A DNA stretch of 64,000 nt from NCBI GenBank assembly GCA_963771075.1, contig CAVYSE010000008.1, forward strand, positions 1 through 64,000, given 5' to 3'. Positions 10,389 through 18,761 of the stretch are shown piece after piece. Source of the DNA: a candidate division FCPU426 bacterium (GTDB lineage: Bacteria > Oederibacteriota > Muellerivitia > Muellerivitales > Muellerivitaceae). The notes under the pieces are model-generated. The model was not told the origin of the DNA. It saw nothing but the letters and a program-made list of their open reading frames with translations, and ran no database searches. Every line of letters starts with the position of its first letter. Within the stretch, counting starts at the first letter, position 1. Position numbers and translations under genes: made by a program.

Positions 10389-12116
10389 TTGAAGTTGTTT
10401 GAAACTTCGGGAGAGGTTGGTGCGTCTCAAAGAGCGATGCCAACCTCTCCTCTTACTCTTCCCGATTTAAAAACCCTTCCTGATGATTCCGCTTCCCTAA
10501 AATCCCTCGTCCTAAGTCTTTTCGAAACCTTGAAGGATCAGGGTGAAACCATTGAACGCCTGCGGCACCAACTCTACTTGGCCGCAAAAAGTCGGTACGG
10601 TCGCAAGTCCGAACAATTCAACGATGCCCAACTGTCGATTTTTCTCAAAGAGATCGAAGAACGGTTGGGGCAGATGACCGCAGCCCAAAAGCCCCAAGAA
10701 GAAACCGAAACGCTGACCTACACGAGGAAGAAGGGCCATGGGCGAAACAAGCCGCCCGAGAACCTGCCCATCTTGCGGGTGGAACACCCCCTGAGCGAGG
10801 ACAAGAAGACCTGCCTGGAATGCCAAAAACCCCTGACGAAGATGGGCGAGGACGTGCGAAACACCCTGGAACACATCCCGGCGGTCACCTATATCCGCCA
10901 GGATGTCCTGGAAAAATGGGCCTGTTCCTGCTGTAAGAATGCCCCGGTGACCAGTGAGGCGCCGGTGAGGCCCATCGAGCGTTGCATCGCGGGTCCTGGG
11001 TTGCTGGCCCAGGTGGTAACGGCGAAATACGCAGATCACCTGCCGCTTTACCGCCAAGCGGAAATATTTGAAAGAGGGGGCCTGGAAATAAGCCGTTCCA
11101 CCTTGTGTGGCTGGGTGGGAGCAGTGGCGGGATTGTTGGAACCCTTGTACGAGGCCATGAAACAGGACGTGCTGGAATCCAAGGTGATCCACACGGACGA
11201 TACGCCGGTGCCATACCTGGACGACGGCGCCCCGCCGGGAGCCTCAGAGCCCCCGGGATCGGTGGGGCAAAGGGACGAAGAGGAAGATAAACATAGTAAG
11301 GCGAAGACAGGCCGCCTGTGGACCTACGTGGGCGACGAGACCCACGCGAACATTGTCTATGAGTTCACGGAAAATAGGCGGGCGGAGCACCCGAAGGCTT
11401 TCCTGGGCGATTGGAAGGGGTATCTCCAGGCGGATGCCTACACGGGGTATGACTGCATGTTCAAGCCCGAAAAGGCGGTGGAAGTGGCTTGTTGGGCGCA
11501 CGCCCGAAGGAAATTCAACGAAGCCAAGGTGTCGGACAAGAGCCGCTCCAAGATGGCCATGGCTTTCATTCGAAAACTCTACGAGGTGGAGTGGGAGGCG
11601 GACGAAAAGACGCTGGATACCGCCGGGTGGCAGGCCTTGAGGGCCGAGAAATCCAAACCGATCTTGGAGGCCTTCAAAGAGTGGTTGGACACCCAGGCGC
11701 TCGTGACCTTACCCAAGAGCCCCTTCGGTGAGGCCTTGACTTATGTGTTTAACCAATGGGACGCCTTGAACCGGTATGTAGAAGACGGCGATTTGAACAT
11801 CGACAACAACGCGGCGGAGAGGGCACTTCGGTGTGTGGCGGTGGGCCGCAAGAACTGGCTGTTCGCGGGGAGCGTTGCGGGCGGCGGGTGGGCGGCCATC
11901 CTCTACAGCCTGGTGGCTTCCTGCAAGCGCCACAAAATTGATCCTTACTTTTATCTTCGCGACATTATCAGCCGGGTGAAAACCCACCCCATGAGCCGTA
12001 TCCGAGAACTGTTGCCCGCCACCTACGTCCTCGGCCCCGTTCCGGAAACGCTGGTCTTCCAGACTGCCCGACCAGATTCCACCGAAAAAACGCCTACCAT
12101 GCTTGCCCCTCACTAA
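10389..12116 (+). CDS. tnpC: IS66 transposase TnpC
   Basis: KYADHLPLYRQ, HTDDTP, CWAHARRKF, IDNNAAERALR. Confidence 0.95.
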   Translation: MKLFETSGEVGASQRAMPTSPLTLPDLKTLPDDSASLKSLVLSLFETLKDQGETIERLRHQLYLAAKSRYGRKSEQFNDAQLSIFLKEIEERLGQMTAAQKPQEETETLTYTRKKGHGRNKPPENLPILRVEHPLSEDKKTCLECQKPLTKMGEDVRNTLEHIPAVTYIRQDVLEKWACSCCKNAPVTSEAPVRPIERCIAGPGLLAQVVTAKYADHLPLYRQAEIFERGGLEISRSTLCGWVGAVAGLLEPLYEAMKQDVLESKVIHTDDTPVPYLDDGAPPGASEPPGSVGQRDEEEDKHSKAKTGRLWTYVGDETHANIVYEFTENRRAEHPKAFLGDWKGYLQADAYTGYDCMFKPEKAVEVACWAHARRKFNEAKVSDKSRSKMAMAFIRKLYEVEWEADEKTLDTAGWQALRAEKSKPILEAFKEWLDTQALVTLPKSPFGEALTYVFNQWDALNRYVEDGDLNIDNNAAERALRCVAVGRKNWLFAGSVAGGGWAAILYSLVASCKRHKIDPYFYLRDIISRVKTHPMSRIRELLPATYVLGPVPETLVFQTARPDSTEKTPTMLAPH

Positions 12117-12141
12117 ACATATGGCCTGACAGGACGCTTAC

Positions 12142-12340
12142 ATGGGGTTTCAACGGGAATAGTCGAGAAAGGGTTATCTAAGACCGGGGTTGGAGTAGTA
12201 ACGATAGATTGTAACGGAGTGGGTTGGGTTTGGGCGGCCAACGGCATGCCTAACAAAAATGAAAGAAAGAGGGGTATCAGGATACCGGAGGCAACCGACT
12301 TTGTTGAAATAAGAGGCCATAGGGTGAAAATTTTTTTCAA
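12142..12340 (-). pseudogene. Secreted-protein N-terminus (leader copy 1) cut by IS66
   Basis: MKKIFTLWPLISTKS...LIPLFL...AAQTQPTP runs into the IS66 right end. Confidence 0.6.
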
Positions 12341-12378
12341 TTCTGGACTCTTTTCCCAAATTTATTTATAGATTAAGT

Positions 12379-13476
12379 TTATTGAGGGTGAAGCATATTG
12401 GAAAGAACCTTAATGTCTTCATTATTAGGATCGCGTGAAATCCCATAATCGAGATACTTTTGAGCAGTAGTATTGTCATTGGAAGCATAGAAGGAAAGGC
12501 CTAACTTTCCAGCCCAAGTAGAAGCAAAATACGAATCTTCGCCGTCGAGCTCTGCTTTTATTTTTTCAAATGTGCCTTCAGTTGCCGCTACCTTACGGAA
12601 TTCATCCCAAACCTGGGTATTTTCTTTTTCCACAAGTTCGGCAATAGCTTCCAATTTTAAAATTCCGAGGCCTGGTGTGATTTCAATGCTCTCGAGAAAT
12701 TTTAGTTGCGATTTTTTATCATTTATTGCCAGAACATAATTAAAAGCAGCTTCAGAATATTCACCAGTCCCTTCGAGTTTTTTCAAATAATATTTTGCAA
12801 TAGAAGGTGATTCTGACATTCTAACAGCGTCAAAAAGAACTGCGGTGGCTTCGGGATTAATGGCAAGCTCTGCGCGAAGAATGTCGTCTTTAGAACGTCC
12901 AGCGGTAGATTTCCCGATTCGTTCGAGCGCGAAGCCAAGTCGGTTGTAAGCATCAACAGAAAACGGATCCATTGAAAGCCATTCTTCTGCTTCAGTTTTT
13001 GCGTTTGCATAGTCCCCATCATGGCCAGATTTTTCAACCTTCTCTTTTGTTTTAGGAAACGCTAGTAAGCGCCATTTACCGTTTTCAAGAGTCCAAGTAC
13101 GAGAAAAAACATATTTTCCTTTTTTCCCATCCTTTCCAGGTCCTTCATAGGAGACGGAGACTATTGCATACATTTGGCCAGCTTGTTCTTTTACGCCGAG
13201 AACAGTGATCGACTTCGTGTAATTAGAACGATCCTTACCACAGATTTTTATCCATTCATCAAGGCTTAATTGAGCTTTCGATTTTGAAGAAAGAAAATGA
13301 TATTCGCCATCGTTCGAAAGATTTGTTTTTCCCCCAGGACGGTAGTAATAGTTAGCGACTTTTTCGAGATTTGATTCATCCAACAAGAGTCTGTCTAAGC
13401 CACAGCCATTGAGAAACAAGATACTGGCAAGTCCATATATAAAGAATTTAGAAGATTTTTTAATAACAATTTTCAT
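12379..13476 (-). CDS. Putative lipoprotein with TPR-like helices
   Basis: Signal peptide with LNGC lipobox; helical C-terminal region. Confidence 0.65.
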   Translation of the reverse strand: MKIVIKKSSKFFIYGLASILFLNGCGLDRLLLDESNLEKVANYYYRPGGKTNLSNDGEYHFLSSKSKAQLSLDEWIKICGKDRSNYTKSITVLGVKEQAGQMYAIVSVSYEGPGKDGKKGKYVFSRTWTLENGKWRLLAFPKTKEKVEKSGHDGDYANAKTEAEEWLSMDPFSVDAYNRLGFALERIGKSTAGRSKDDILRAELAINPEATAVLFDAVRMSESPSIAKYYLKKLEGTGEYSEAAFNYVLAINDKKSQLKFLESIEITPGLGILKLEAIAELVEKENTQVWDEFRKVAATEGTFEKIKAELDGEDSYFASTWAGKLGLSFYASNDNTTAQKYLDYGISRDPNNEDIKVLSNMLHPQ

Positions 13477-13495
13477 TTTTCCCCCATTCTCATTA

Positions 13496-13532
13496 GTTGC
13501 ACACCATCCTTTTTGGGAGGGCCATGTGCAGG
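13496..13532 (+). repeat. 37-bp CRISPR-like repeat, copy 1
   Basis: GTTGCACACCATCCTTTTTGGGAGGGCCATGTGCAGG, identical to five other copies. Confidence 0.97.
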
Positions 13533-13967
13533 TCTTTCTTCGTAGGTTTGTTTTAGATCCTTGTTAATTTTAGAAAAACACCTTCTGGAAAACTCGTGGA
13601 TCGTCATTACCTTTGGAAAATTCACGCTGTTAAGCACGTTTCCAAAATTCTTTTTTAACCGTCTTTTAAGTTCATCGGTGGCATCATTGGAGTATGTAAT
13701 AAAAAGAAGTTTCTGGGGGGAAACACCCCGGTCCACTAAGAGCTTGGCCCTTTCGACCACTACCCTTGTCTTCCCCGCTCCCGCCCCAGCCATAACCAAG
13801 TTTTTCTTAAAGGGGCTCGCCCATGCTTTGGCTTGATGTTCGTCGAACCCATCCGGAGCAAGTTCTGATTCTACATCCCAAACCTTTTGATCAATCTCTT
13901 TGAAATAAGACCAAAATAACTTCTGAAGAAGTGGAAACCGAAACAAAAGGGTGTGGAAGTTATTCAT
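13533..13967 (-). pseudogene. UvrD/Rep helicase N-terminal fragment ending at repeat copy 1
   Basis: Q motif, AGAGAGKT Walker A, ITYSNDA and VMTIHEF; no Walker B, and the sequence ends in the repeat. Confidence 0.85.
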
Positions 13968-13970
13968 GAT

Positions 13971-14462
13971 TTATTGAAGGATTTGGGCATTTTTTCCTTT
14001 GAGGGGCCAAACACATATTCCTTTTCGTTTAAAAAAATTGACGGTAAGTGCCCCTCGTTCCCTGGCTTTGGAGCCCGGCTTTTCGATGGCCTTTTTGATG
14101 GCGGCTCTTTCTGCCTCATAGATGGCCTGTGTTCTAAAATCCTCATCCAAAATTACCAATAAAACACTGTGCCACGGTTTTTCGAGCTTGATAATACCCA
14201 CTCTCTGCGCCTTTTTAGAATCTTTGGGGAAACTGCGCCCTTTGATTTGAACCCTTTTCTTCTTTCCCCTCCTGGTCCAAATACCGTCGTAACCTGGGGT
14301 CCTGGCCCCGGTTAATTTGAGGTTCTTTAGTAGAACAGATGCGGAAAACTCAGCTACTTCCCCGGTTATACCAAGGGGCTTACCGGTCAAAGAGCGGTAT
14401 TTCTTAGCCAGGAGAATTGCATCAGAAAGGATTTTCTGGATGGTTTTGGAGTTGGTGGTCAT
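13971..14462 (-). CDS. PD-(D/E)XK-type nuclease-fold protein (DUF6998-like)
   Basis: GITGEVAE...PGYDG...RVQIKGR. Confidence 0.6.
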   Translation of the reverse strand: MTTNSKTIQKILSDAILLAKKYRSLTGKPLGITGEVAEFSASVLLKNLKLTGARTPGYDGIWTRRGKKKRVQIKGRSFPKDSKKAQRVGIIKLEKPWHSVLLVILDEDFRTQAIYEAERAAIKKAIEKPGSKARERGALTVNFFKRKGICVWPLKGKNAQILQ

Positions 14463-14463
14463 C

Positions 14464-15186
14464 CTATACCTTTAATTTTTTTATCAAAGAAGGGCCGTCC
14501 CCGGAGAGCTTCTTGACTGGCCAGGCCTGCATTTTCTCGTCCGGATAGGGCCGCAAGAAGCCTTTTAAGGTGCCTTCTTCGGTTAGGGATCTATCCAGCC
14601 AGGCGTCCCAATTCTTCTGTTCCAGGATCACCGGCATACGGTTATGGATTCCAGTCATCATCTTATTAGGTGTGGTAGTGATGATGGAAAAGGTTTCCAC
14701 TACCTCCTTTTTGGGTTCGTACTTGGGATTGGTTTTCTTTTTTTTGATAATGGTGGCTTCGTCGTCCACCGTCATGTTCCAACGGCCCCAAATCCCGGCA
14801 AAGGCGAAAGTATCGTTCGTTTTTAGGCTAATGAAGTAGGGCTGTTTTATCTTCTCAGTAATCGCCTTCCATTCGTAAAAACCGGTCGTCGGGACCTGGC
14901 AACGGTCCTCCCGGAAGTGTTTTGAAAAGGTTTTCTTTTCGGTGATGGTTTCCCCGACCGCATTGATCAGCCTATAGATATATTTTTTTGACTTCATATC
15001 AAAGAAGGGCATGGACCATTTGACCTGGTCCAGCTCCCTCTTGCCGGTTTCAGGGTTGATCCGGACAATGGGGGCCTTGGTGGTGGGCATTATGTTGTAA
15101 CGGGGTTTAAAGGACTCGTAGGGATCCGCCTGGAATTGCTTGGCTACCTTACTGTCGGGGGTATCAAGGGTATAGCGGCCGCACAT
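14464..15186 (-). CDS. SOS response-associated peptidase (SRAP)
   Basis: MCGRY, RYNIMPT, GFYEW, HNRMPVIL. Confidence 0.92.
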   Translation of the reverse strand: MCGRYTLDTPDSKVAKQFQADPYESFKPRYNIMPTTKAPIVRINPETGKRELDQVKWSMPFFDMKSKKYIYRLINAVGETITEKKTFSKHFREDRCQVPTTGFYEWKAITEKIKQPYFISLKTNDTFAFAGIWGRWNMTVDDEATIIKKKKTNPKYEPKKEVVETFSIITTTPNKMMTGIHNRMPVILEQKNWDAWLDRSLTEEGTLKGFLRPYPDEKMQAWPVKKLSGDGPSLIKKLKV

Positions 15187-15208
15187 TTATTTTTTCCTTT
15201 TTAAAAAC

Positions 15209-16039
15209 TCATACTTTTTTTGGAGCTGTGGGGATGGCTTTGTCCAACCGTCGATGGAGAAAAGAAGCCAGAACTAATAAATCCATAGCATCTTGTTCTT
15301 CGATGGACCAGGTCACTTTTGGAGCATGCCCAGCAACATTTCGAAAAGCACCAAACATTCCCTTAATAAGGTTCATCAATCCTTTATGTTCACTTTGTTC
15401 GGTTTCTGTTCGAAGAGAATTAAAGGCTAGTATCGGGAAGCTCGAGGAACCAAGCCCAAAAGCCTTATCCACTAAATCGGAACCATCGCCTGTAAGTCCG
15501 CTTTTGTTTCTTATTTTTTCGGCAACACTTTTTGTGGCCTCGAAGACGGCGTGAAAATAATTGTCCTGCATTAATTCAGCTTGGCAGAAAAAAAGAACAT
15601 CCGCGTGAACGCCTCGAGCTTGAAGGGCACTCCGCAACCGTCCAGCCCGTGATTGTGCCTCATTCAATGTTCTGGCGTGTTCAATCCTTAACAGTTTGCC
15701 ATCTTCTCCCAGGGACATTCCACAAAAAGAAAGCACTTCGTTAAGGTCAATACGCCTTTTCAAAAACTTATTCGTATCCTGTAAGTAACGCGCAGGAGCC
15801 ATCGTGGCTTGAATGAAATTGGCGATTGAATTCCCACAATGATCATCGTTTTGTCTTAGACATAAGGCGTTAAAAAGCCTTTTATGTTTAGCGAGGGCTG
15901 GATTGGGGTCCTTAATTCCACATTGTTCCAGCATCCTCCCAATTTCCGTACCCGTTAGCCCATCCCCTGTGTCCGCCAAGACTTTGCAAATGGTTTCCAA
16001 TTGATCGGAAGTGAAATTCGAAATTGCAGCCATTTTCAA
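15209..16039 (-). CDS. TIGR02391-family protein
   Basis: NYFHAVFEATKS...DGSDLVDKAF...GMFGAFRN..HAPK. Confidence 0.85.
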   Translation of the reverse strand: MKMAAISNFTSDQLETICKVLADTGDGLTGTEIGRMLEQCGIKDPNPALAKHKRLFNALCLRQNDDHCGNSIANFIQATMAPARYLQDTNKFLKRRIDLNEVLSFCGMSLGEDGKLLRIEHARTLNEAQSRAGRLRSALQARGVHADVLFFCQAELMQDNYFHAVFEATKSVAEKIRNKSGLTGDGSDLVDKAFGLGSSSFPILAFNSLRTETEQSEHKGLMNLIKGMFGAFRNVAGHAPKVTWSIEEQDAMDLLVLASFLHRRLDKAIPTAPKKV

Positions 16040-16138
16040 CCTCTTTTTTTGGAAACAAAGCCTTAAGCCTGTTACTTCCTTTGGGTTGGTAAAGTAATTG
16101 AGACTTGGTTTCGAAGGCGAAGCAAAACCTTGATAACT

Positions 16139-18662
16139 CTAATGGTTTAATTTCTCAGAATATTTACCGATAAATTCATCAGGGGTAAGGTGAAATTGAA
16201 CTTGCAATTCAGCAATTTTTTGGACTTGCCACATTAAAGGGAGCTCCCGGGATAAAGCTTGGAAAAAACCGGTCAAATTATTTAATAATAAATCAATTGT
16301 TTTTGGCGTGATGGCCCGGGTCCCGTTTGGAAAAATTGCCACCTTGTCCACGTCTAAAACTTTAGAAACTATAATTGGAATAATCGCGCCTTGCCTAGCT
16401 TGATAGTTTTTATTGAACCACGCAATGCTGTGAAGGAGTTGTTCCGCATCTTTTTTGTGAAGGGTTTTTTCATTTTCTGTTTTGGCTTCAATTACCATAC
16501 TAATTTTGGGCAAAAGCCAAAGGACGTCAGGCCCTTCACCAAAATCCTTTTCGGGCCGGAATCCTTCGGCACCAATCAGGACAGCAAGCTCTTTTATGGC
16601 TTCCTCAACAATTTTCGGACTCCCATCAAATGACAATCGTCCTCGTAGGCTAACTAATTCCGCAATAGCTCCATTTGGAGTTTCAAAACTCCGAAACCAT
16701 TCTAAAATTTTGTTTTGTCCATCGTATTTATCCGTTGCAGGTGGACGACGGACGGTTTGCGGAGGGCAAAACAAAGAGCTGTTCTTTTCGTGAGCCGCAC
16801 CCTGGATTTCTAAAGCCCTACCGGGATTTATTTCGAAAACATAATTCGCAATACGTTGTAAATACCAGCTTTCTACCTTTGGAGTTGGCTTTGTTTCGTC
16901 GATTCCATCTTGCAAAAATTTTACTGCACCATCAGGATTATTAGAAACTGCCGAATTGAAGGCTTGCCTTTCACACGAAGCCATCTTGAGGTTTGAGGTA
17001 TTAGACCGTTCCAAGGGAGGCGTTATTCTTTTCCGTATTCGTTCGTCGTAAAACTGTTTCCAACCTTCGTCCCGTGTAAGGCATTTCCTCATCATATCAA
17101 CAACCACAGCATCTATTTTCCCACTACTTACACCTTCCTCTTGGGCGGCCAGTTCCGTCAATTCTAAAGCGAGTTTTAATTGTTCTTTTGTATCCGGGCT
17201 CATCAAAATCCTGGACTTCTTTCCGAACAATAAAGCTTGCCAATTGTGGGCCTGCTAAAATAACCACTGCATAATCAACATGGGACCGGACCGCCCTTCC
17301 CATTCCTTGCTCAATCCGATAAACAATGCGATTTCTGATACCACCGGCGATTGCGTTCTTGTTACTGTCGTGCTTATCAATAATTCCCTCCCCATAGGGC
17401 ATCCCATCAATAACTAAAATTCGGCAAGCGTTATCAGGCAGGTCAACGCCATCGTATCTTTGAGCAAAAACAACAAATTTCACATCAGACGAAGTATCTT
17501 TCAGATCCTTTACCGCCTGAGAGACTTCTTCGCGCATTACAACTTTTGCACCATGTTGCTCCCACTCTTTTGCAAGTTGCTCACTTGGAGAAAGTACAAC
17601 AACATTAAATCGGTTGGAAACCCTGGCGCAAAACCCCATTACCCAATCACGATCCAATTTTTCGTTTATAAGGATGGGGGCCAAAACCATGCGCTCACCC
17701 AAGCCTTTATCTGATAGTGGCAAAATTGGGTAGGTTGCAGCATGAATATCGCATCCAAGCTCCCTAACAAGCACAGAATCATCTGCCAAAGTTGCAGACA
17801 TGAAAAGGCGATGTTTTGCTTCAAAATAAGGCAGGCTTTTTTCTACAGGTAAGATTTCGGGAATGATTTCAATTGCGGAACTTGCAACCACACATCGGCA
17901 CCATCGTAAAATATCCCTTATCATTGGCCAGACAAATATTAATTCCCTATCCTCTGCGTGTTTAGCAAGTGTCTTTTGGATTTCAGCGATATATGGTTTC
18001 CAAATCCAAAATGGAACCTCAAGAGATTCGAAAGGAGGGATATCATTCAAAATATCCTGCCAAACACCGGTTTGGTATTTTTCGCATTGTGGCCCAAGTA
18101 TCTTGAGAAGTTTGTCATAGATTTCGGAACTTTTAGGAACCCTAAGGGTAAAAGAATTTCTGACTTCTTCAACACCTGCATGGGCATCATCCATGACGAT
18201 AGCGTGTGGCCTAAGTTGGACATTTGGATGATTGAACGTTGTTTTTGCGTTGAACAACTTTGCGTAAGTACAAATTATTATCGCCTTCCTTGCCGTTCCT
18301 TCCGTTGGCGGCAGTTGTTCCTTGGCAGGATAAACCACCGCTTTGATCCCTAACTTTTCCGCCTCCTCCTGGACTTGTTCCACCAACTGAACTGTCGGGC
18401 ACAAGTACACGACTGGCTCGTCCTTTTCTTGCATATATGATTGTAGATAGAGGAGCGCCACGGTCGTTTTGCCGGCACCGGTACTAATTTTTAAAACATG
18501 GTCTTTTTCCTCCCGACGTTTTCCCAATTCCTGGAGGGCTTCGATTTGAACAGGCCTTAATTCAGTATGCGACGATTGACGATCGAGGGATTCGAATAAC
18601 TTGATAAGGTCGGCGGGGTTAACCTCGCTTTTTTTCTGGACAAGTTTTTTAAATTCGACCAT
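16139..18662 (-). CDS. SF2 helicase plus C-terminal PD-(D/E)XK nuclease (Hna-like), frameshifted near 17205
   Basis: STGAGKT, DDAH, MSAT, DGVDLP and QGMGRAVR in ORF 17124-18662; GPDVLW...VIEAK in ORF 16139-17230; removing one A from the run at 17205-17208 joins them. Confidence 0.75.
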
Positions 18663-18761
18663 ATATTTCCTCTCGTATCTTTTTCTTTTCCCTGTTTTTA
18701 TTGGCCTTGATTCGTTCCAAGAGCTTGGAGGCGGGTTCGTCGTTGGGGCTTTGGTAGACTT

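Larger units (their letters stand above)
9587..12141 (+). mobile_element. IS66-family element
   Basis: Ends GTAAGCGTC / GACGCTTAC; three-gene layout; flanks AATTCTGT and ATGGGGTT show no target duplication. Confidence 0.95.
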
